From assembly GCA_963555985.3 (NCBI GenBank), contig OY820591.1, positions 2,528,001 through 2,592,000 on the forward strand: DNA of 64,000 bases, given 5' to 3'. Positions 47,808-56,854 of this stretch are shown here, piece by piece; the stretch's first letter is position 1, and the number at the start of each line of letters is the position of its first letter. This DNA comes from Dehalococcoidia bacterium. Lineage in GTDB: Bacteria; Chloroflexota; Dehalococcoidia; Bin125. A program made the translations under genes and the position numbers. The notes beneath the pieces were generated by a model, which searched no databases, was not told the DNA's origin, and saw only the letters and a program-made list of their open reading frames with translations.

Positions 47808-49775
47808 CTAGTTCGTCCGCGACTCGTTGAACAGCCAGTTCAACAGCCGATCGGGCCAGTCATCCTGGAAGTCCGGACTGTGGCCGCCACCGTCTACGGT
47901 CCAGACTTCGATCGTGATGCCGTCGACACAACCCTCGCGAATGCGCTGCACCGCCGTCTCACTGCCAGCGATCTCGCGATCGAGATCGATCGCCGGGAGC
48001 CGCTCCGCGTCCTCGATGTCCTGGACACTACAATTGGCTCGCGCGGCCCAGCTCGACATCAGCTCGGCCACTCCGGGATAGCGCGCGTCTGGCTTGGGAT
48101 CGCTCATCGTGCCGGCGTAGGGGATGATCCAGTCGGCGCTGCCGTGGATCTGCAGCACCGAGACCGGCGCGGCGTCGGCGCAGTGGCCCAGTTCGCTGGA
48201 CGACAGCCCGCCCAGACTGGCAATCGCCGTCAACCCATGCAGTCCGCCACAGGCAAGGCGGTAGGACATGAACCCGCCGTTGGAGTAGCCGACGACGAAC
48301 ACGCCGGAGATCTCGGCGAACTGCCGCGCCTCCTTGACCAATCCCGAAATCCAGAGGTAGTCATCAGGTCCGTCGGTCTTGGTCGCTGCTTCAGAATGAG
48401 CGGTGTTCCAGAACGTGTTGCCGCGCGCGTCGACGCTGCCTTGAGGCGTAATCAGCGCAAACCCATACTCGAGCAGGCGCGAAGAGAGTCCAAAGTACTC
48501 GTCATGCCAATCCGCCTGACCGCCGTATCCATGCAGCGACACGACCAGCGGGAGCGGCGCGCCGCCGCGCTCAGCTGGCAACATCAGCTGAGCCGTTCGC
48601 TCAACGCCGATCGTGATCTCCTCAACAGCCGGCACGGCCGTGCCGTAGTAGACGCTGCTCAACCAGCCCAGAATGCCCAAGCTGAAGTCGGTCTCCCAGA
48701 CGAGCGGGATGTGGCCGCCGCCCTCGATCGTCCAAAGCTCGATCACGACCTGCTCGGCGCAGTCCTGGATGAACCGGTGGACCAACGTCTCCGCGCCCTC
48801 AACACTGGTGTCAGTGTCGATCCGCGGCAGCGCTTCAGCAGCGTCGACGTTGCAGCCGGCGCGTTCGGCCCAGCGCAGGATCGACTCCTTGGCCCCGGGC
48901 ACGGCCGCACGATCCGGATCGGGATGCGCAGGCAACCGACCACCCTCGTAGAGCACATCCCCATCCTTGGTGCCATGAATCTGTAGCACCGAGAGCGGCG
49001 ACGGCGCGCGACACTCCGACTCGTCGGCGAACGCGCCCCCAGCCAGGCTGACGATCGCGGTCAGACCAGGCACCTCTTCGCAAGCCAACCGATACGCCAT
49101 GAAGCCGCCGTTCGAATGGCCAACGGCGAAGACCTGATCGAAGTTGGCATGTTCGCCCGCCTCCGCGATGATCGATTTGATGTAGCCGACATCATTCGGC
49201 TGCCCCCCGAAGATGTCGCAACACTCAGGCGTAGCGTTCCAGAACTGATCTCCGTTGGCATTGGCCGTCCCATCCGGAATCAGCAAACCAAACTCGCCCT
49301 CGTCTACGAATTCTCCGAAACCGAAGTACAGGTCCGCCTCCAACGAGTTACTGCCGTAGCCATGCAGCAAGATCACCAGAGGCAGCGGTTCCGACAGCTC
49401 GATCCCGTCCGGCAGGAACAACATCGCCGGGCGCTGGCCGCCGACCATCAGCGAACCCCAGCGGTCGGGATCGACCATCCGCCCGACACGTACTCGCGGC
49501 TGCGTCTGCTCGTCCGGCTGCGCCTCGGTCTCTGTGGATTCGTCAGGCGCGGCCTGTGCTTCGGGTTGAGCTTCGGACTCGGAGACGGTCTCCGCCTCGG
49601 ATTGAACCGGCTCCGGCTGAGCCGCCTGCTGCGCCTGCCGCTCCGGTTGCTCGGCTGTCTGCTGCGCCGCGAGAGATGGCTCAGACTGCCCCGGCGAAGT
49701 CGAGTCATCCTCGCCGCAGGCGGCGATGAAGCCGCTCAACACCGCAGCCAACAACAGGATGATCAACAAACGCAT
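47808..49775 (-). CDS. Two-domain PHB-depolymerase/LpqP-like esterase lipoprotein
   Basis: FIAAC lipobox; PLVILLHG/GHSNGG/QIHGTKD and PLVVSLHG/GYSNGG/QIHGSAD. Confidence 0.85.
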   Translation of the reverse strand: MRLLIILLLAAVLSGFIAACGEDDSTSPGQSEPSLAAQQTAEQPERQAQQAAQPEPVQSEAETVSESEAQPEAQAAPDESTETEAQPDEQTQPRVRVGRMVDPDRWGSLMVGGQRPAMLFLPDGIELSEPLPLVILLHGYGSNSLEADLYFGFGEFVDEGEFGLLIPDGTANANGDQFWNATPECCDIFGGQPNDVGYIKSIIAEAGEHANFDQVFAVGHSNGGFMAYRLACEEVPGLTAIVSLAGGAFADESECRAPSPLSVLQIHGTKDGDVLYEGGRLPAHPDPDRAAVPGAKESILRWAERAGCNVDAAEALPRIDTDTSVEGAETLVHRFIQDCAEQVVIELWTIEGGGHIPLVWETDFSLGILGWLSSVYYGTAVPAVEEITIGVERTAQLMLPAERGGAPLPLVVSLHGYGGQADWHDEYFGLSSRLLEYGFALITPQGSVDARGNTFWNTAHSEAATKTDGPDDYLWISGLVKEARQFAEISGVFVVGYSNGGFMSYRLACGGLHGLTAIASLGGLSSSELGHCADAAPVSVLQIHGSADWIIPYAGTMSDPKPDARYPGVAELMSSWAARANCSVQDIEDAERLPAIDLDREIAGSETAVQRIREGCVDGITIEVWTVDGGGHSPDFQDDWPDRLLNWLFNESRTN

Positions 49776-49898
49776 AGCAACAGCGTAAGACCACTCGGCA
49801 GCTCAATCTCGGCGCAAGGGACAGTCCCGGCTGCTAGCCTTGCCCCGCCTGCAAGCAGCCGAGCGGCGGGCAACCTGAGTTTGAGGACGGAGCCAATC

Positions 49899-50939
49899 AT
49901 GCGACGCGCGGCCTGGAATGCAGATCGAACGCTCAGTGTGCACGACGACCCACAACGCGCTCCCGCAGAGGGCGAGGTGCGCGTCCAGGTCGTCAATGCC
50001 GGCATCTGCGGCTCCGATCTGCACTGGTACCGAGGCGATTTCCAGCCCGAGGCGCTGCGCACCCCCGGCCACGAAATCGGCGGCATCGTCGCGGCCGTCG
50101 GCCCGGGCGTCGATCACGTCAAAGAGGGCGACGTCGTCGGCGTCGAACCCCTGCTCCGCTGCGGCGCCTGCGGGCACTGCCGCTCGGGTCACTACAACCA
50201 GTGCCAAGTCGCCGGTGGACTCATCGGCATCGCGGTCGACGGCGGCATGGCCCAGGATGTCTTCGCTCCCGGCGTCGCCGTCTTCAAGGCCCCGCCCAAC
50301 ATCGACGGCGAAGTCGCCGCCATCGCCGAGCCGCTCGCCTGCGGGGTGCACGGCTACAACATGGCCACCCTCGGCCAGGGAGAAACCGTCCTGGTCATCG
50401 GCGCCGGCACGATCGGACTCACCGCCCAGCTCGCCGCCCAAGCCGCCGGCGCCAACGTCATCGTCCTGGCCCGCCACCCGCATCAGCAGGAAGCCGCCCG
50501 CAATCTCGGCGCGGCAGAGGTGATCGGCGAGGACGAAGCCGGTCAGCAGCGGCTCAAAGAACTGACCGACGACGACGCCATCGATGTCGTCGCCGAGTGC
50601 GTCGGCGGCCACGCCGACACCATCCGCCAGTCAGTCGACGCCGTCCGCCGACTGGGACGAGTGATCGTCCTCGGCGTTTTCGCGATCGACGATGTCGGCT
50701 TCAACCCACTCACGCTGCTCGGCAAAGAAATCACGATGGTCGGCGCAGTCACCTACGGCGCACTCGGCGGACGCACGCCCGACTACCAACAGGCGCTCGA
50801 TGTCCTCTCCGGCTGCACCGAGGAAGCCCGCTCCCTGATCACCCACCGCTTCACCCTCGACGACGTAAACACCGCCTTCGCCACCGCCCTCGACAAGAGC
50901 TCAAAGTCAATCAAGGTCCACCTCACCCCGAACGCCTAG
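49899..50939 (+). CDS. Zinc-dependent alcohol dehydrogenase (MDR)
   Basis: GICGSDLH, GHE, CxxCxxCxxxxxxxC, IGAGTIG. Confidence 0.92.
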   Translation: MRRAAWNADRTLSVHDDPQRAPAEGEVRVQVVNAGICGSDLHWYRGDFQPEALRTPGHEIGGIVAAVGPGVDHVKEGDVVGVEPLLRCGACGHCRSGHYNQCQVAGGLIGIAVDGGMAQDVFAPGVAVFKAPPNIDGEVAAIAEPLACGVHGYNMATLGQGETVLVIGAGTIGLTAQLAAQAAGANVIVLARHPHQQEAARNLGAAEVIGEDEAGQQRLKELTDDDAIDVVAECVGGHADTIRQSVDAVRRLGRVIVLGVFAIDDVGFNPLTLLGKEITMVGAVTYGALGGRTPDYQQALDVLSGCTEEARSLITHRFTLDDVNTAFATALDKSSKSIKVHLTPNA

Positions 50940-50960
50940 CCAGCGAGGACGGAGCCGATC

Positions 50961-52001
50961 ATGCGGCGCGCGGCCTGGAACGCTGACGCCACCCTGAGTC
51001 TGATCGACGAACCCAATCTCGAACCGGGCGAGGGCGAAGTCGTAGTCCGCGTCATCAACGAGGGCATCTGCGGTACCGATCTCCACTCATACCGAGGGCA
51101 TATGCCCCCAGAAGCGGGCCGAACCCCGGGTCACGAGATCGGCGGGATCGTCAGCGCGATCGGAGCCGGCGTCGACCATGTGCGCGAAGGCGACATCGTT
51201 GGTATCGAACCGTTGCTGCGCTGCGGCGCCTGCAACTTCTGCACGAGGGGCCACTACAACCAGTGCCAGATCGCGGGCGGATTGATCGGCCTCCACGTCA
51301 ACGGCGGTATGGCGCAGGAGGTGCTTGCGCCCGCGCCTGCTGTCTTCGCAGCGCCGGCGGGCGTTGACGCGGAGCTCGCCGCCATCGCCGAACCGCTGGC
51401 CTGCGCCGTACACGGCTTCAATCAGATCAACCTGGGCCAAGGCGAGACGGTCCTGGTGATCGGTGCAGGCACGATCGGCCTCACCGCACAGCTCGCGGCG
51501 CAGGCCGCCGGTGCAAACGTGATCGTCCTCGCCCGCCACCCGCACCAGCAGGAGGCCGCCCGCCGCCTGGGAGCAGCCGAAGTCCTCAGCGAAGACGAAG
51601 CCAGCCAGCGGCGGCTGGCGGAGCTGACCGACGACGACGCCCTCGATGTCGTGGCCGAATGCGTCGGCGGCCACGCCGACACGATTCGCCAAGCGGTCGA
51701 TGTCGTCGCCCGCCTTGGCCGCGTGCTCGTCCTCGGCCTCTTCGCGATCGACAGCGCCGCCTTCAACCCGTTCACACTCATGCTCCGAGAGATCACGATG
51801 ACCGGCTCAGTCACCTATGGAGCACCCGGAGGCCGAATCCCCGATTACCAGCAATCCCTCGACATCCTTGCCAGCTACCCCGAACAGGCCCGCTCCTTGA
51901 TCACCCATCGCTTCACCCTCGACGAGGTCAACGACGCCTTCGACACCGCCCAGGACAAAAGCTCCCACTCAATCAAAGTCCACTTGACTCCAAACACCTA
52001 A
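50961..52001 (+). CDS. Zinc-dependent alcohol dehydrogenase (tandem paralog)
   Basis: Same motifs; the RBS context gaggacggagcc.atcATG is duplicated too. Confidence 0.92.
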   Translation: MRRAAWNADATLSLIDEPNLEPGEGEVVVRVINEGICGTDLHSYRGHMPPEAGRTPGHEIGGIVSAIGAGVDHVREGDIVGIEPLLRCGACNFCTRGHYNQCQIAGGLIGLHVNGGMAQEVLAPAPAVFAAPAGVDAELAAIAEPLACAVHGFNQINLGQGETVLVIGAGTIGLTAQLAAQAAGANVIVLARHPHQQEAARRLGAAEVLSEDEASQRRLAELTDDDALDVVAECVGGHADTIRQAVDVVARLGRVLVLGLFAIDSAAFNPFTLMLREITMTGSVTYGAPGGRIPDYQQSLDILASYPEQARSLITHRFTLDEVNDAFDTAQDKSSHSIKVHLTPNT

Positions 52002-52013
52002 CAGCGGTCGAAA

Positions 52014-52086
52014 CTCTCCCCCGCACCGCGGGGGGAGATGTCACGAAGCCTGCCCCAGCGCAGGCAGGGGTGACAGAGGGGGGTCC
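52014..52086 (+). repeat. REP-A with mini-insert
   Basis: ctctcccccgcaccgcggggggagatgtcacgaag, cctgccccagcgcaggcaggg, gtgacagaggggggtcc. Confidence 0.8.
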
Positions 52087-52120
52087 GCCACTACTGTCAG
52101 GCAGCGACGTCGCAACCAAC

Positions 52121-53071
52121 TCAGAACACCGCCAGCGGATTCGCCGGACTCCCCGTCCCGCCAATGATCCGCAGCGGACTCAACACAAACTGAAACTCAT
52201 GCCGCCCAAACCGGTTCGCGGCCTCAGCCACGTCCTCGAGCTGCATGTTGTCGATCAGCCACAGACCCATATGCACGATCCCAACCGCATGAATCGGGAT
52301 CTGCAGCCCCGCATAGCCCGATGGATTCACATCAGTCGCCGTATCGGCCCCGATCACAGCTGCTCCACGCTCATGCAGCCAGGGCAGACACGCGACATGC
52401 CAGCCCGGGAATCCCGTCTCGAGCAGCGGCTCGCGCCCGATCTCGCGCTTGCGCTTCCCGTAGCCCGTTCGCAGGAGTACGGCATCGCCCTCGCGTACCC
52501 GGACACCCTGCTGCTCCTCAGCCGCTTCCAGGTCCTCCGGGAAGACACCCTCGCCGGGCTCTAACCAGTCAACCCCTTTGGCCGCCGCAACATCGAGCAG
52601 CACCCCGCGCGTGACAATCCCGTCGCGCAACTCCGTAATCGGCAGATGGGTCGCCCCGCCCAGCGAGTTGACCAGGTGCGCCGGCTGACCGTTGTACATC
52701 TTCCCGTCCCAGAAGATGTGGCACAGCCCGTCCAGGTGCGTGATCGCATACCCGTGATACACGAGCCCAAAGAACTCCAGCGCCCCAGCCATCCGCTGAC
52801 CACCGGCCTCAGCCGCCGCGGCCGCCGATTCACCGGTCATCACCATGAAACGCTGCGGCGTCCCCATCGCATGGTCGGGCTGATGCGTGTTCTCAATGTC
52901 CCAGGCGCACGACACCGGCACACCCTCAGTCACCAGCGCCGCCGCCGCCCGCCGAACCTCTGGCGTCACATAGTTCAGCGTCCCCAACTGGTCATCATCC
53001 CCCCAACGCCCCCAGTTCGAGAGCGAGTCCATCATCGCAATCACTTCAGCTTCAGTCGGAATGCTCGGCAT
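52121..53071 (-). CDS. Cyclase family protein (kynurenine formamidase-like metallohydrolase)
   Basis: NWGRWGDDDQLGTLN, HGYAITHLDGLCH, RGVLLD, GTGSPANPLAVF. Confidence 0.9.
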   Translation of the reverse strand: MPSIPTEAEVIAMMDSLSNWGRWGDDDQLGTLNYVTPEVRRAAAALVTEGVPVSCAWDIENTHQPDHAMGTPQRFMVMTGESAAAAAEAGGQRMAGALEFFGLVYHGYAITHLDGLCHIFWDGKMYNGQPAHLVNSLGGATHLPITELRDGIVTRGVLLDVAAAKGVDWLEPGEGVFPEDLEAAEEQQGVRVREGDAVLLRTGYGKRKREIGREPLLETGFPGWHVACLPWLHERGAAVIGADTATDVNPSGYAGLQIPIHAVGIVHMGLWLIDNMQLEDVAEAANRFGRHEFQFVLSPLRIIGGTGSPANPLAVF

Positions 53072-53170
53072 CGTCGGTTCCTTTCCAGGTCGGTTTGACG
53101 CCGACAGATTAGCCGTTTGGACGACCTGTTAGCGTTGCCCCCGAGCGACCTGAAAAAGAGGAATTCAGCC

Positions 53171-54331
53171 ATGACCGACACCCCCATCCACGGACGCACC
53201 GACCCCAAATTCGACGCCGTCCGCGACGCGTTCGCCACCAACTTCGCCGAGCATGGCGAGGTCGGCGCAGCCGTCGCCGTCTACCTCAACGGCGAGCCCG
53301 TCGTCGACCTCTGGGGCGGTTGGTACTCCGACGCCCAGGAGCGCGAGTGGGACCGCAACACCCTCGTCAACGTCTTCTCCACGACCAAGGGACTCGCCGC
53401 CTTCTGCGCCCACCGCCTCGCCGAGGAGGGCCGGCTCGACTTCGATGCACCGGTGACCGAATACTGGCCTGAGTTCGGCGCAGCCGGCAAGCAGGACATG
53501 CCCGTCCGCTGGCTGATGTCCCACCGCGCCGGCATGGCCGCTGTCCGCCGGCCGCTCGTCATGGAGGACATGTTCAACTGGGACACGATGTGCGAAGCCC
53601 TGGCCGAGCAGGAGCCCTGGTGGACCCCCGGCGAGCAACACGGCTACCACGCACTCACCTACGGCTGGTTGGTCGGCGAAGTCGTCCGCCGGATCGACGG
53701 CCGCTCAATCGGTACCTACTGGCGCGAGGAATTCGCCGCTCCGCTCGGCCTCGATGCCCATATCGGCACCGGACCCGAGTTCGACGGCCGCATCTCTATG
53801 TTGATGGACGCCCCAGTCGATCCCGACGCACCGAACCTGGTCGAAATGCTGGGCGAAGACAGCGTCGGCGCCGCAGCCTTCTCCAACCCGCCGATTGCCG
53901 GTCCTGACGAGCAGAACATCACCGCCAGTCGCGGCTGGCGCGGCGCGGAAATCCCCGCTGCCAACGGTCATGCCACGGCTCGCGCGCTGGCCCGCCTTTA
54001 CGGCGGCGCCGCCAACGATGGCGAGATCGACGGCATCCACGTCATCAAGCCGGAAACCCTGGAAACCGCCATCGCCGAGCAGTCCAACGGCCCCGACACC
54101 TGCCTGATGATCCCCACCCGCTTCGGACTTGGTTTCATGCTGACGGGAGAGTTCATGCCGCTCGGACCGAACCCGCGCGCCTTCGGACACCCCGGCGCCG
54201 GAGGCTCGCTCGGCTACGGAGACATCGACGCCAACATCGGCTTCGGCTACACGATGAACCAGATGCAAAACAACCTCAGCGGAGACCCCCGAGTCATCGG
54301 CCTGATCGACGCCGTGTACGCCGCCCTCTAA
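53171..54331 (+). CDS. Serine hydrolase, beta-lactamase-related esterase (copy 1)
   Basis: FSTTK (SxxK), HGYHAL, AFGHPGAGGS. Confidence 0.92.
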   Translation: MTDTPIHGRTDPKFDAVRDAFATNFAEHGEVGAAVAVYLNGEPVVDLWGGWYSDAQEREWDRNTLVNVFSTTKGLAAFCAHRLAEEGRLDFDAPVTEYWPEFGAAGKQDMPVRWLMSHRAGMAAVRRPLVMEDMFNWDTMCEALAEQEPWWTPGEQHGYHALTYGWLVGEVVRRIDGRSIGTYWREEFAAPLGLDAHIGTGPEFDGRISMLMDAPVDPDAPNLVEMLGEDSVGAAAFSNPPIAGPDEQNITASRGWRGAEIPAANGHATARALARLYGGAANDGEIDGIHVIKPETLETAIAEQSNGPDTCLMIPTRFGLGFMLTGEFMPLGPNPRAFGHPGAGGSLGYGDIDANIGFGYTMNQMQNNLSGDPRVIGLIDAVYAAL

Positions 54332-54332
54332 T

Positions 54333-54383
54333 CTCTCCCCCCGCGGTGCGGGGGGAGATGTCGCGCAGCGACAGAGGAGGTCC
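54333..54383 (+). repeat. REP-A
   Basis: ctctccccccgcggtgcggggggagatgtcgcgcagcgacagaggaggtcc. Confidence 0.8.
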
Positions 54384-54405
54384 GCCCAGCTACGGAGACC
54401 AAACC

Positions 54406-55596
54406 ATGACCACCCCCATCCACGGCTGGAACGACCCCAAGTTCAACCGCGTCCGCGACGCCTTCGCCGACAACTTCGAATCCCACGGCGACATCGGCGC
54501 AGCCGTCGCCGTCTACCTCCACGGCGAGCCAGTCGTCGACCTCTGGGGCGGCTGGTACGCCCCCGACCGCGACCGCGAGTGGGACCGCAACACCCTCGTC
54601 AACGTCTTCTCCACGACCAAGGGCCTGACCGCCTTCTGCGCCCATCGCCTGGTCGAAGAAGGTCGGCTCGACATCGACGCCCCCGTCGCCGAGTACTGGC
54701 CCGAATTCGCCGCCGCCGGCAAGCAGGACATCCCCGTCCGCTACCTCCTCAACCACGCCGCCGGCCTCTCCACGGTGCGCGAGCCGATCGTCGAGCAGGA
54801 CTGGTACGACTGGGACAAGATCACCGCCCTGCTCGCCGCCCAAGAGCCGTTCTGGGAACCCGGCGAAATCCACGGCTACCACGCCATCACCTTCGGCTGG
54901 CTCGTCGGAGAAGTCGTCCGCCGGATCGACGGCCGCAGCCTCGGAACCTACTTCCGCGAAGAGTTCGCCGCCCCGCTCGGACTCGATGCCCACATCGGAC
55001 TCCCGCCCGAGTACGACACCCGCACTGCCCCGGTCCTCGAAGCCCCACCCGGCGAAGGCATCGAAGACGCGCTCGCCGGAGCCCCCGACCTCTCGCAACT
55101 CGATGAAGGCAGCTTCCTCTGGGCCACGATGGCCAACCCCCCGATCCTCGATCGCATGATCGAGGTCAACAACTCCCGCGCCTGGCGAGCCGCCGAACTC
55201 CCCGCCGCCAACGGACACGCCACCGCCCGCTCACTCGCCCGCATCTACGCAGCCCTCGCCAACGGCGGTCAGATCGACGGCATCCACGTGCTCAAGCCCG
55301 AGACCGTCGAAGCCGCCACCGTCGAGCAGTACGCCGGCCCTGAGTACGTCTCCCTCCAGATGGGCCTCGAATTCCCCATGCGCTTCGCCCTCGGCTGGGT
55401 CCTCAACGAGCCCCAAACTATGCCCCTCGGACCCAACCCCAACGCCTTCGGCCACGCCGGAGCCGGAGGCTCCATCGGCTGCGCCGACCCCCAAAACGGC
55501 CTCAGCTTCGCCTACACCATGAACCAGATGAAAAACGAATTCGACCAGGACTACCGCTACTGGCGCCTACTCAAGACCGTCTACGAGTCTCTCTAA
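54406..55596 (+). CDS. Serine hydrolase (copy 2)
   Basis: FSTTK, HGYHAI, AFGHAGAGGS. Confidence 0.92.
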   Translation: MTTPIHGWNDPKFNRVRDAFADNFESHGDIGAAVAVYLHGEPVVDLWGGWYAPDRDREWDRNTLVNVFSTTKGLTAFCAHRLVEEGRLDIDAPVAEYWPEFAAAGKQDIPVRYLLNHAAGLSTVREPIVEQDWYDWDKITALLAAQEPFWEPGEIHGYHAITFGWLVGEVVRRIDGRSLGTYFREEFAAPLGLDAHIGLPPEYDTRTAPVLEAPPGEGIEDALAGAPDLSQLDEGSFLWATMANPPILDRMIEVNNSRAWRAAELPAANGHATARSLARIYAALANGGQIDGIHVLKPETVEAATVEQYAGPEYVSLQMGLEFPMRFALGWVLNEPQTMPLGPNPNAFGHAGAGGSIGCADPQNGLSFAYTMNQMKNEFDQDYRYWRLLKTVYESL

Positions 55597-55608
55597 CCTC
55601 TCTCATTT

Positions 55609-55657
55609 CTCCCCCCGCAGTGCGGGGGGAGATGTCACAAAGTGACAGAGGGGGTCC
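55609..55657 (+). repeat. REP-A
   Basis: ctccccccgcagtgcggggggagatgtcacaaagtgacagagggggtcc. Confidence 0.8.
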
Positions 55658-55678
55658 GGCCAGATCAGGAAACCAACC

Positions 55679-56842
55679 ATGACCGACGCCCCAATCCACG
55701 GACACCACAACCCCCGCTTCCACGCCGTCCGCGACGCCTTCGAGCGCAACTTCGCCGAACGCGACGAGGTCGGAGCCGCCGTCAGCATCTACCTCCACGG
55801 CGAACCCGTCGTCGATCTCTGGGGCGGCTGGTACGCCCCCGACCGCGAACGCGAATGGGACCGCAACACCCTCGTCAACGTCTATTCCTCCACCAAAGGA
55901 CTGACCGCCTTCTGCGCCCACCGCCTCGTTGAAGAAGGCAAGCTCGACCTCGACGCCCCCGTCGCCCAATACTGGCCCGAATTCGCCGCCGCCGGCAAAG
56001 AGGACATCCCCGTCCGCTGGCTGCTCTGTCACAAGGCCGGCATGGCCGCGGTCAAACGCGAGCTCGTCACCGAGGACATGTTCAACTGGGAGACCATGAC
56101 CTCCGCCCTGGCCGAACAGGAACCCTGGTGGACACCCGGCGAAAAGCACGGCTACCACGCCATGACCTTCGGCTGGCTCGTCGGCGAAGTCGTCCGCCGG
56201 ATCGACGGCCGCTCGCTCGGAACCTACTTCCGCGAGGAATTCGCCGCACCCCTGGGCCTCGACGCCCACATCGGCACCGGCCCCGAGTTCGACCCCCGCA
56301 TCTCCACCGTCATCGAACCCCAGGTCGCCGCCGAGTTCCCGCCCACCAGCGACCTCTTCGGCGACCCCGACAGCGTCGGCATCGTCGCCGTCATCAACCC
56401 GCCCGTCTTCAACCCCGGCGGACCCGCAATGGCCTCACGCCGCGACTGGCGAGCCGCAGAAATCCCCGCCGCCAACGGGCACGCCACCGCCAGAGCCCTG
56501 GCCCGCATCTACGGCGCAGCCGCCAACGGCGGCCAGCTCGACGGCATCCACCTCCTCAAGCCCGACACCATCGAGCAAGGCATCGAAGAACAGACCAACG
56601 GCCCCGACACCTGCATCGGCATCAACACCCGCTTCGCTCTCGGCTGGGCCCTCACCGGAGAGTCCACCCCCTATGGCCCCAACCCCAGAGCCTTCGGACA
56701 CCCCGGCGCCGGAGGCTCCCTCGGCTACGCCGACCTCGACGCCGGCATCGGCTTCGGCTACACCATGAACCAAATGGGAACCGAAGTCGCCCACGATCCC
56801 CGCTGCGCTGCCCTGATCGAAGCCCTCTACGAGTCGCTCTAG
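55679..56842 (+). CDS. Serine hydrolase (copy 3)
   Basis: YSSTK, HGYHAM, AFGHPGAGGS. Confidence 0.92.
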   Translation: MTDAPIHGHHNPRFHAVRDAFERNFAERDEVGAAVSIYLHGEPVVDLWGGWYAPDREREWDRNTLVNVYSSTKGLTAFCAHRLVEEGKLDLDAPVAQYWPEFAAAGKEDIPVRWLLCHKAGMAAVKRELVTEDMFNWETMTSALAEQEPWWTPGEKHGYHAMTFGWLVGEVVRRIDGRSLGTYFREEFAAPLGLDAHIGTGPEFDPRISTVIEPQVAAEFPPTSDLFGDPDSVGIVAVINPPVFNPGGPAMASRRDWRAAEIPAANGHATARALARIYGAAANGGQLDGIHLLKPDTIEQGIEEQTNGPDTCIGINTRFALGWALTGESTPYGPNPRAFGHPGAGGSLGYADLDAGIGFGYTMNQMGTEVAHDPRCAALIEALYESL

Positions 56843-56854
56843 CCACATCACCCA

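Noticed and set aside
49116-49898. N-terminal 261 aa of the tracked 607-aa ADH ORF
   Set aside because: Antisense to the esterase. The paralog and the RBS place the start at ATG 49899.
53171-56842. Beta-lactam resistance cluster
   Set aside because: No signal peptides; the motifs fit cytoplasmic EstB-like esterases.
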